Below, in pieces: positions 50,896-60,800 of a stretch of 64,000 nt of DNA. Location: contig CAKKNE010000006.1 in assembly GCA_918797485.1 (NCBI GenBank), positions 558,001 through 622,000 on the forward strand, in the 5' to 3' direction. The notes below the pieces were generated by a model that did no database searches, was not told where the DNA came from, and saw only the letters and a program-made list of their open reading frames with translations. This DNA is from Pelagomonas calceolata (taxonomy: Eukaryota). Each line of letters begins with the position of its first letter. Positions within the stretch are counted from its first letter, which is position 1. A program made the translations under genes and the position numbers.

Positions 50896-53800
50896 CTACG
50901 CCTCCATCGACGCCGGCGACTCCACGGCCTTCATGCGCTTGGCGTCGGCGTCTTCAGTAGTCGGCGCGGAGCGCTTGCGCGACCGCGACTTCTTCGGTTT
51001 CTCTGAGGCAGTCACGCTCGCTCTAGGAGAAGACTTGGGCCGCGAGCGGCCGTCGAGGTCGCTGTTCTCCTTCTCGACGAGCTTGATCAGCAAATCGGCG
51101 CGCCGTCCGAGCTCCGACGCGTTTCTCGACTTGAAAAACCAGTCGAAGTTGAACTGCCACGCGTTGCGGATCTCGACCCTAATTCTCTCCCAGTTCCCGT
51201 ACCCGTAGGTGTGCATCATATTGAGCAAAAATGCGTCTTCCTCCTCGGTCCAGACCTTGCCTCTGGAGGCGCCGTAGTTCAGCGGCAGGCACTCGTGGGG
51301 TTTCGGCGACCGGGCAATCTTCTCAGCCAAAGCTTCCCTAATCTCCTTCGACCGCTGCAGGCGCTTCTCGCCCTTCTCGATCTTATCTATGACGCGCTCC
51401 CAGTCGGCGAGCTCCTTGTGCCGCTCCCAGAAGACTTTGTGATAGCGCCGCACCTCCTCTTCAGTCTTCCCCGTCTCGTTCGACGTCTCGCGCGCGATGA
51501 CGTCGACCTCGTCGCGCCCGCGCCGCTCCATGGCGTTCAGGAACGACCGGAAGTCCTTCCTAGTCCTGTGTGGAACGGACGCCGTCGCGAAACGGCCGCG
51601 GCTCCCTCGCGCGACCCGTAGACTCTCATGCGGCCGCGTCGACGGCGTCGAGGCGACGCGGCATCGCATCGATGCCGTCGCGACGACCACGTCACGTTGA
51701 AAGTCAACATATATATATATATACATCTCCACGCCGAGTCGCGGACCAGTCGACAAAGCCCTCCCGCAGCAGCTGCTCCTTCTTCTCGAGCTTCGCGCCC
51801 GTCAATTCATATGAAGAGCCCTTCTCGAGCTCCTTGGCGACCTCGCGCGACTGCTGGAGGTGGGCCTCAGCCTCAGCGCACGGACTCGGTTCTTGGCCCG
51901 CAGCTTTCGCTTTGGCATTGGCCTCGTCTTGCGCCTTCTTGCCCTTCTGCTTGAGCTCGCGCGCCAGCGACTGCGCGTCCTTGCGGCGCTGCTCGAGGCG
52001 CTCCTCCTCCTGGACCAGTTCTCCGAGCTCTTCTCTGTTAAAGAACTGGAAATCATGCATCGCCGGTCCTTTGCGCTTCTTCTCCCGCGGCTCCTTGCGC
52101 TTCTTCGAGCCGTCGTTGAGCGTGTCGCGGAAGTACTCGTCCACATCATAGTTGCGCTTGCGCTCGCGCGTCGGCAGGTTGATGAGTAACCCGGCGCCCT
52201 TGGCTCCCCGATAATTGGCGCCCTCGAACTCGAACAAGGAACCAGGAGCCGCGTCTTGCGTCGTGAGCGAGAAGTTCGCCAGGTTGTGCTGCGCGTCCGT
52301 CTCGATCTTCTTGTTCTGCTCCGCGGTCCGTTCCTCGCCGCGCTTGAGTAACACGTCAATGTCCTCGTCCGTGAGCTGCTTGGACTTGGACGCGAAGATC
52401 TCGTCGGCGCCGAAGCGCACCATGGCCATGAGGTCCTGTTTATTGACACTAGTGTTCTGCTCGGCCAACCGCCCCTGCTGGATGACGGCCGCGTCTAGGA
52501 ACAGCTTCCTATCAGCTCTTTCTACAATCTTCTCCTCGACCGTGCCCTCCGTCACGAACCGAAAGACCGTCACGGGCTTCGTCTGGCCGATGCGGTGCGC
52601 GCGGTCCATCGCCTGGAGATCGACCTGCGGGTTCCAGTCCGAGTCGTACAAGACGACGATGTCCGCCGTCGCTAAGTTAATACCGAGGCCGCCCGCTCGC
52701 GTCGACAACAAGAACGCAAATTTGGGCGAGTTCGGCGCGTTGAACGTGTCCATCTGCAGGTCGCGGTCGTCGCCCGACGTCGACCCATCGATTCTACAGT
52801 ACGCGTAGCGCTTCAGCCGCATGAAATCCTCCAATATATCGAGCATGCGCGTCATCTGCGAGAAGATCAATACGCGCGACTGCTGCGCCTGGAGCTTCGG
52901 CAGCAACTTCGACAGTAGCACTAATTTGCCCGTGTTCTCCCAGAGATGAGGCCCGTCCAAAAACGGCGGCCCCGGCTCGGCGCCCTCAAACAGGTAGGGG
53001 TGGTTGCAGACCTTCCTCAGTTGCATGAGGATGTTCAGCAACCGCACGCGGTCCGGCCCGCCGAGCGCGTTTAACGTGTGCGCGTCCTTGCTCAGGATCT
53101 TCGTGTACCAGAGCCGCTGCATCTCCGTGAGGCCGATGTATAATTTAATTTCTCGTTTCGGCGGTAGGTCGGCTTCCACGTCGCGCTTGATGCGCCGCAA
53201 CATGAACGGTCTCAAAACAGTGTGTAACTTCTTAACGACGTTGTCCTTCGCGCCGCTGTCTCCACCTAAACTGAACCAGGTCTCGAAGTCCGCTTCTGAC
53301 GAAAAGATGTCTGGCAGCAAGAAGTTCAGCAGAGCCCACAACTCGTTCAGGTTGTTCTGGAGCGGCGTGCCCGTGATCAACAGTCGGAACTGCGTCGGGA
53401 TCGTCCTAACGATACGAGATAACGACGAGTTCGGGTTCTTGATGCGGTGCGCCTCGTCAATGAGCAAATAGCTCCAGTTGATCTTACATAAAGCTCCCTT
53501 CTCCTTAAGGACGCCCTCGTACGACGTCACGCACACGTCGAAGCTCTCGGGGTCCCGCAAGTCTTCCCGGATGCACCGCGCGCGCTCGTGCTTGTCCCCT
53601 AATAATTTAACAGGCCTCATGGTAGGGCACCACTTGCGCATCTCGCGCATCCAGTTGTTGACCACACTTTTCGGCACGATGCAGATGTGGGGGCCGTGGA
53701 TGTTTTTTGTTTCCGCGAGGTAGGCTAGTAAGGAGATGGACTGGAGGGTCTTGCCGAGGCCCATCTCGTCCGCCAAGATGCCGTTGATGCCGTTATCATG

Positions 53801-54379
53801 CAACTTGACCAACCAATTCAAACCTTCAACCTGGTAGGGCCGCATGGTCGCCGTGATCGTCGAGGGCTGCCGCGTCACGCGGTGCACCTGGAGCTGCGAC
53901 TGGGCATCTTTCATCAAGCGCGCATCTTCCGCCGCCTCGGTCATGCGCGTGCGGCCCGTCTTGCTCTTCTTCTTGCCCAGGTTCAGGTCCGAATTCTCCT
54001 CCATGAAGTGGGAGAAGACCTCGGACTGGGCCATGAGGTAGTTGAGGCGCTTTTCGCGCTGGTCGCCGGAGCCGCCGTCGACGGAGCCAAACTCCTTGAG
54101 CTTGGCCAGTCTTTCCTTCTGCGTGCGTCTAGCTTCGGCGATCTCGGGCTCGACGTGCGAGGGGACGCGTCTTATGACCGGCGCGACCGGCGCCTTCGTC
54201 GCCTCATTTCGGGTGGCCATGCCGGTCGTCTCGGGCACGAACTCCTCGTCGTCATCAGCAGCCTGCTCCTCGTTCGGGTCGTACTCGACGCCGTCCATTT
54301 CCACATCCGAATCGTCGGACTGGCGGCCGGTCGGCTCGGGCGGCGGCGGCGCCTCCTGCGGCGGCGGCGGCGCTTCCAT
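50896..54379 (-). CDS. ISWI: ISWI/SMARCA5 chromatin-remodelling ATPase; 2 exons (intron 51566-51746)
   Basis: ILADEMGLGKT, DEAHRIKN, TGTPLQNNL, QAMDRAHRIGQ. HAND-SANT-SLIDE with spliced GFVDW|TRKDF, WTEEEDAFL, FDWFFKSR. Confidence 0.95.
51566..51746 (-). mobile_element. 181-nt introner-derived intron in the ISWI SANT domain, containing a (TA)n microsatellite
   Basis: Acceptor end TTCCACACAG equals the family TIR end; core variant at 51635-51648; removal restores DWTRKDF. Confidence 0.85.
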
Positions 54380-54901
54380 GGTGCTTGCTGTCTTTTCTGC
54401 TGTCCGCACGCTTGCGCGCTGGCGTTTCACGGCACCACACACAGAGTGCTTTGCCTCACACTCAGCGAGAGAGTTGCTAGGTAGCTCGAGAACTTCGGTG
54501 TCGCGGCGCGAGGCTGCTGTCTGCTTTCTCGTCAGTCCGCGGCGTGATTCGGGCGGCAGCAAATGAGCACGCGGCAAAGCGATGCAGTGAGACGGCCGCG
54601 CAAAAACAGGGAGGCGGAGCGCACAGGAGACGTACGCGCAGCCGTCTTGTGCCGCACAGGAGTGCTACAGGACGGCTCCTTTCGTAGCCGGTATTTTTTT
54701 CGGGTAGAGCTAGCTACATACTTACTAGAGCTAGCTCGGCGGCCGCAAAGACTGCTGTAAGGCCGCACAAGCGCGCTCATTGCTGCTCGTGGGCTATCGC
54801 ACAAATCTGTGCGCTGCTGCGGAACTGCTGTCGCAATCGCTGCACGCTCCAGCCTCTGTAAACTAGCCTGCAGCCGTGCCACAGCCTGCAGCAAAAAAGG
54901 C

Positions 54902-55657
54902 ATGGCGCGCAGCAAGAAACGCCGCCGCCCGGACGCCGCGACGCCGCAGATCGACGCCGCCCGCGCCCAGCGCATCTACGCCGCCTTCGCGGACGCGTCC
55001 GACGCGTTCTTCGCGGGCGACGCAACGGCGAAAGCGCAAGCGGACGCCATGGAGCTCGACGGGCCCATGGCCGATTTAAGGGGCTGCCTCGCGCTGCTGG
55101 CGGCGCGCGCGAAGCCGAGCTGCCTGATCGCCTTTGGCATGGAGCCGGCGTACGCCAAAAGGTTGGTGGAGGGCCTCTGGGCGCCTTTTTGTCGGGAGCA
55201 CCTGCCCGAGATCCAGATACGGATGATCGACGGCGAATGCGAGCCCCTGCCGGACTGCTCCCTCCGACATCAGTACGTCGCGTTTCCGGAAACGTCGCGA
55301 GACGTTATACAAAGGGCCTACTTCTCTGGTTTGGCGGGCGAGCCCTTGTTCGAGGCGATCGGCGGCGCCCTGGGCTACCCGAACGCCCACGGGCTGGCGA
55401 CGGATTGTAGGGTGGAGTATCGCATCGGCGAGGACTTCGTCCTCGAGTTCCTGGCGTCCTCGGACGGCTTCGGCGCCGTCGCCGCGCACTTCGCGCGGTG
55501 CGCGGAGGCCCTCGCGGGCGTGGGCCCGCTTCTGATTAGTGTGGACGGCGTCGACCTCGACGCGGCCGCGGTGGCCGCGGGCGACGAGGGCGCGCTGCGC
55601 GCGGCGGGCTGGGCGCCGGGGCTCAACGCCGTCGAGGCGGACATCGATTTTAGCTGA
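54902..55657 (+). CDS. Hypothetical protein
   Basis: ATG ORF of about 251 aa with 'IGGALGYP' motif and coding-like codon usage. Confidence 0.6.
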   Translation: MARSKKRRRPDAATPQIDAARAQRIYAAFADASDAFFAGDATAKAQADAMELDGPMADLRGCLALLAARAKPSCLIAFGMEPAYAKRLVEGLWAPFCREHLPEIQIRMIDGECEPLPDCSLRHQYVAFPETSRDVIQRAYFSGLAGEPLFEAIGGALGYPNAHGLATDCRVEYRIGEDFVLEFLASSDGFGAVAAHFARCAEALAGVGPLLISVDGVDLDAAAVAAGDEGALRAAGWAPGLNAVEADIDFS

Positions 55658-55869
55658 GTGTAAGGAAGGTGATCCTGTAGTCTCGTACGGCTCGTATGGC
55701 GGCATACTAGCATGCGTCTCTGCAGCGCGAGGGGCGCTGCGCGCTGCAGCAGGGTGTTGTGCCAGCGCGTCCGCTGTAGGTCGAAGACCTGATGTGTTGC
55801 AGAAGCGCGCAAGCGTAACCGGAGGCGGCAGCCATGCTGCGGGCAGCGAAAGCGTAGATGCAGGCAGCC

Positions 55870-58800
55870 ATGCTGCGGGCAGCACTCTTGGGCTGCCTCG
55901 CCGCGGCGGCCACAGCCCCAGCACCCCCCATCGCGCGCGCTGGTAACGCTACGCGTGCGCGTCGACGGCTGTCCGTCGACTACCAGGAGGTCGCGAAGCT
56001 CGTGGCCAGCGACGCCGCGGCGGGCGACAACTTCTGCTCTGTGGCCATCGACGGCAACACTATCGTGGTTGGGGCTTACCAAGACGACAGCGGTGGCTCG
56101 GGCTCGGCCTATGTCCTCCGCACGAGCGACGGCGGCGCCACGTACGTCGAGGTGGCCAAGCTGACGGCCGCCGACGCCGCGGCGGAGGACTTCTTCGGCT
56201 TCTCCGTGGCCATCGACGGCAACACCGTCGTGGTCGGAGCCCGCTACGACGACGACGCGGGCTCCATGTCGGGCTCGGCCTACGTCTTCCGAACGAGCGA
56301 CGGCGGCGCTACCTACGATCAGGTGGCCAAGCTGACGGCCGCCGACGCCGCGGCGGAAGACCAGTTCGGCGTCTCCGTGGCGATCGACGGCGACACCATC
56401 GTGATTGGGGCCTACAAAGACAACTCTGGTCGTGGCTCGGTCTACGTCTTCCGCACGACTGACGGCGGCGCCACGTACGGCCAGGTGGCCAAGCTGACGG
56501 CCAGCGATGCCGCGGAGGACGACTGGTTCGGCGCCTCCGTAGCGATCGACGGTGACACCATCGTGATTGGAGCCTACTGGGACGACAATCTCTCGGGCTC
56601 TGCCTACGTGTTCCGCACGACCGACGGCGGCGCTACCTACGATCAGGTTGCCAAGCTGACGGCCGCCGACGGCGCGGCGGAAGACCGCTTCGGCGTCTCC
56701 GTGGCGATCGACGGCAACACCATCGTGGCCGGGGCCTACGGCAAGGACAGCTACACGGGGTCGGCCTATGTCTTCCGTACGACTGACGGCGGCGCCACGT
56801 ACGGCCAGGTGGCCAAGCTGACGGCCGCTGATGCCGCGGAGGGCGACGGCTTCGGTCTCTCCGTGGCGATTTACGGCGACACCGTCGTGATCGGTGCCGT
56901 CGGCAAGGACAGCTACACGGGGTCGACCTACGTCTTCCGCACGACTGACGGCGGCGCCACGTACGGCCAGGTGGCCAAGCTGACGGCCTCCGACGCCGCA
57001 GTGGACGACGGCTTCGGCTTATTCGTGGCCATCGACGGCGGCACTATTGTGGCCGGGGCGTACGGAGACGACGACGGCGGCGACGGCTCGGGCTCGGTCT
57101 ACGTCCTCCTGGACGCCCCCACGGGACCGACGCCACGCCCGACGCCCGCGCCGACGGCGGCCTGCACCGACGTCGTCGACATCGAGGGCACGATGCACAC
57201 GTGCGACGAGGCGAGCGCCAGCTGGGGCCTCGACTGCGTCTGGCTCGAGGTCGCGCGCGGGCTGAACTGCCGGGGCTGCGACTGCGCCGTCGACGGCGTC
57301 CAGAGCGGCAACATGTGGAGCATGGAGATCTACGACGCGACGTGCACCACCGCCCGGCCGCTCTGGGGCGCCGGCGACGTCCTGGTGGCGGAGGACATCG
57401 GCGGCGCCATCTTCCAGGACGGCCAGCCGGCGGTCTTCGCGAACGACGTCTGCAGCGACCTCTTCGACTGGAACGGGCGGCAGGTCTCGGTGCGCGGGCG
57501 CTGCTCGAACGGCGAGGTCTGGGCGCAGTGGTTCGACGGGGCGGGCTGCGACGCGGACGCGTTCTACGACGCGGAGGCCAACGACCGGCACTGGCTCGGC
57601 GGCGCGTCGTCGTGGAACGACGGGGAGTGCGTCGTCGTGGAGCTGCGGCGGCCGTCCACGCCGACGCTGAGCGAGGCCCTGCGTTTCGCGTGCGTCGCGA
57701 CGCCGGCGCCGACCGTGTCGCCGACCCCCTCTCCTTCAAAGCCGCCGACGTCCCTGCCCACGCTCACGCCGACCTACTCGCCACGCCCTACGGTCCCGCC
57801 GACGTCGTCACCTTCCTCGCCGCCGTCGTCTCAGCCGTCGCCCCGGCCGACGCGCGTGCCGACCGCGGCGCCCAGCGCCGCACCGACGCCCTATCCGACG
57901 ACGTCGCTGCCATCGTTGCTGCCAACATCTCGGCCCACCGCCGTGCCCTCTCGGTTGCCGACCGCCGTGCCGACGGCGCCGCCGACGCCCGCTCCGTCCG
58001 GACTGCCGACGACGGCCGTACCGACTGGACTTCCAACGACACCGCCCCCGACGCCGCCGCCCTCAAGCGTACCGTCGCGCGTGCCTAGTTCCCTGCCGAG
58101 CGCCGTCCCGACGAAGCCGCCCTCGAGCGTGCCGACCGTTCCGCCGTCGCGCGCGCCGAGCCCCGGCCCCACGGTCACGTTCATGCCCTCGATACTACCG
58201 ACACCACTACCATCGCCCTCTCCTACGACGGCCGCGCCCACGATGCTGCCGACGCCATTGCCGTCGCCCGCTCCGACGACAGCCTCGCCGACGCCAGCGC
58301 CGTCTCCACTACCTTCGCCGGCGCCGACCATTTCCCCCGGCCCGACGCCGGAACCCTCGACCTCGGCGCCGTCGCGCTTCCCCAGCGCGGCGCCGTCGGC
58401 CTCGCCGACCGTGCCGCGGCCGCGGCGCGAGGAGGTGCGCGCCGCGGCGTGGCGACCGCCGCTTTGGAGTTTTATTGTGCTGGCGGTCCTCGTGGGTGCC
58501 GCGCTGATGGGCCCCGGTGCGTGGTTCGCGCTGAAAAAGTACAAAGCGCGGCTGACCGACCGCATCCGGAGCGACGTCGAGTCCAAGATGCTGTCGCCTC
58601 CGGAACGGCCGCCGCGGGCCACGCCGCGCCGCGACTACGACTACGAAACCACTCGAAATTTGCCGCTGCCGCTCGCGCCGACCGCACCGTCGACGTGGCA
58701 CCCGCCGATGCGGCCTCCGGGCTTCGACGCGTACAGCCGCGCGACGCGGTCTGCGGGCCCCTACGTCTACAGCCGTGCGCCGCCCGCCACGCCGCATTCG

Positions 58801-59310
58801 TCCCGGTCCCGGCGCAGTCCCCTCGTGGCGCCCTACACGCCACCGTCGCGGCGCTCGGCAAAGGTCGCGCCGACGCCGACGTCCCCGCTCGAGGCCGAGC
58901 TCTCCGAGCTGCGGTCGCGCCTCGAGGCCGTCGAGGCGCCGATCGTCGCCGAGGTCGCGGAGTTGCGTGCCCGCCTCGACTTCGTCGAGCGGTCGTCGCC
59001 GCACCACTCCCCCGACGCCGCCGATCGAGTGCACCGCGCGGACGCGAGCGCCTACTCGTCGGCGTCGCGGACGCGCGCCTCGGGCGTGAACGCAGACCAC
59101 GCCGGCGAGCGGGCCTGGCCGATGATCCCGCGGCGGCTCTTTGCCGACGAACCCGCGCCGGCGCGGCGAGATCCGCTCGCGGCATCGCCCGGTTCACGAG
59201 AGTCCTACGGCCCCGGGCGCCACCCGTCGCGGAGGCGGTCGATGAACGACGAGGCCGCCGCCCCCTCGACGCCGCCCGCCGGCGACGATATGCGAGTGGA
59301 AGACTTGTGA
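55870..59310 (+). CDS. Type I membrane protein: FG-GAP repeat beta-propeller, Cys-rich domain, Pro/Thr mucin-like stalk, TM, cytoplasmic tail
   Basis: Signal peptide; 7 repeats of KLTAADAA.D.FG.SVAIDG.TIV.GA; PT-rich stalk; TM LWSFIVLAVLVGAALMG. Confidence 0.85.
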   Translation: MLRAALLGCLAAAATAPAPPIARAGNATRARRRLSVDYQEVAKLVASDAAAGDNFCSVAIDGNTIVVGAYQDDSGGSGSAYVLRTSDGGATYVEVAKLTAADAAAEDFFGFSVAIDGNTVVVGARYDDDAGSMSGSAYVFRTSDGGATYDQVAKLTAADAAAEDQFGVSVAIDGDTIVIGAYKDNSGRGSVYVFRTTDGGATYGQVAKLTASDAAEDDWFGASVAIDGDTIVIGAYWDDNLSGSAYVFRTTDGGATYDQVAKLTAADGAAEDRFGVSVAIDGNTIVAGAYGKDSYTGSAYVFRTTDGGATYGQVAKLTAADAAEGDGFGLSVAIYGDTVVIGAVGKDSYTGSTYVFRTTDGGATYGQVAKLTASDAAVDDGFGLFVAIDGGTIVAGAYGDDDGGDGSGSVYVLLDAPTGPTPRPTPAPTAACTDVVDIEGTMHTCDEASASWGLDCVWLEVARGLNCRGCDCAVDGVQSGNMWSMEIYDATCTTARPLWGAGDVLVAEDIGGAIFQDGQPAVFANDVCSDLFDWNGRQVSVRGRCSNGEVWAQWFDGAGCDADAFYDAEANDRHWLGGASSWNDGECVVVELRRPSTPTLSEALRFACVATPAPTVSPTPSPSKPPTSLPTLTPTYSPRPTVPPTSSPSSPPSSQPSPRPTRVPTAAPSAAPTPYPTTSLPSLLPTSRPTAVPSRLPTAVPTAPPTPAPSGLPTTAVPTGLPTTPPPTPPPSSVPSRVPSSLPSAVPTKPPSSVPTVPPSRAPSPGPTVTFMPSILPTPLPSPSPTTAAPTMLPTPLPSPAPTTASPTPAPSPLPSPAPTISPGPTPEPSTSAPSRFPSAAPSASPTVPRPRREEVRAAAWRPPLWSFIVLAVLVGAALMGPGAWFALKKYKARLTDRIRSDVESKMLSPPERPPRATPRRDYDYETTRNLPLPLAPTAPSTWHPPMRPPGFDAYSRATRSAGPYVYSRAPPATPHSSRSRRSPLVAPYTPPSRRSAKVAPTPTSPLEAELSELRSRLEAVEAPIVAEVAELRARLDFVERSSPHHSPDAADRVHRADASAYSSASRTRASGVNADHAGERAWPMIPRRLFADEPAPARRDPLAASPGSRESYGPGRHPSRRRSMNDEAAAPSTPPAGDDMRVEDL
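55990..57108 (+). repeat. Seven tandem ~160-170-bp FG-GAP coding repeats
   Basis: Recurrent GTGGCCAAGCTGACGGCC...GACGGCGGCGCCACGTAC units. Confidence 0.9.
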
Positions 59311-60800
59311 CTGTTAAATATATAAATAAATTAATTAAGGGAGATTAGTAGATAATACTACTGCGTAGAACTACTTGCGGACGCCGCGGCCGATCGTGGC
59401 TCCGACAGTGGCACCGACGACCGCACGCCCGCCCCGCCCCCGGCCCATTAGTAATTGGGATTAAATCTAATCAACGTCCTCCCGGCCCATGCCCTTCTCC
59501 CCGTGCAGGTAACGCTCGATGGCGGGGAGGACTTGATCGGCTCGGCACGCGATCAACGCCGCGACGATCTCCTTGGAGCGACGGCGCGTCCGCGTCTAAA
59601 TTGTCGTTCCGCAGCGCCAAGGTGATGCGTTGCGTCGGGCCGCTTGTTATTTCGAAGGCGCGGGGTCCGGAGTCCTGGTTCGCGCCGCCGGGGCCCTTCA
59701 CATATGCATATCGCAGCAGGTTGGTTTCAATGTTGTTTTCGCCGGCTTTCACCGATACGAGGAGGCGTGTTCTGACCAATGTGTTTAATAACCGCGTGCC
59801 GGCCTCGCCCTCGTCACCCTCATTCGCGTCGCGGCGGCCGGACATTTTTGTTGTCAAGGTCGGCTAAACATATTGAGCTAGTTATGACCCACTAGATTTT
59901 CACGCTCGACGCCGCTTTTTGAGCCGTGGTTGGGCCGTATTGTTGTGCATCACCCGCAGTTGTGCTCATCACTCAGTGGCGCGCTGCGCCTCAATCGGTG
60001 CGGCTGCGCGGGCGACGCGGTGCGCCGTGCTGAGCCTCACAAAAATCGGAGACTCCTGGCGCCTGGCGGCCCGCGCGCGGCGCGACGCGTGCAAAGCGCC
60101 GCCCCCCGGGCCCGCGCTCGGCCTCGGCCGCATGCTGAACGACTCGGCGCGCTCGCCGCAGCGGTACACGTCTCGCCGCTGCGCGCCGCCGCGGCCGTCG
60201 CGGCCGCGACCGCATCGATGGCGTCGGGCGGCTCGCGGGTCGCGCCCGAGCTGACGCCGGACGTCGCCGTTGACTTCTGATAGCGGGCCGCGCGGCTCGA
60301 AGCGGTGCGTCGATTCTTCGTGGGATGCGGCACACTACCGAAGTCTTGGAAGAGGCCAACTCGGATTTGATCCGGCCGAGACGCATACCTAGCTTTTTCG
60401 ACATCATGTCGGAGGCGCTACCTTTCAGTGTGTAGTCTATCTCGTCGTCTATGCACTACTACGACGACATCTGACCTCGAGACGATCTATCGTGGGCTCA
60501 GAGCACACCGTCGTCGAGGGCAATCAAACACGTCGGTGTCCTGGCATCTCGTGGCGCGCTACTAACGTTCCGAGGGTGCCGTTCTCGGGGGCTACGACAA
60601 TCACCAGCCCCGTCGCGCTTGCAAAAGAAGCGTCAGCCACGTCGTCGCTCGGGGTTTCTAATATAGCTGCTCCTATGCTGTAGACATGCTAGGACCGGTG
60701 GTGGTGCGGCGCACACGGCCACACACGGGCCGCCGGGCCTGGGAGAGGCTCTCCGCATGTTGGTATTGTTGCTCTCCGCACGCGGCTCCCCGGTGCCAAA

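Noticed and set aside
6080..54379. Chromatin gene cluster (reader, JmjC, ISWI) or glycosylation cluster (GT14, GT31, MPI)
   Set aside because: The genes are tens of kb apart among unrelated genes; no evidence of functional clustering.
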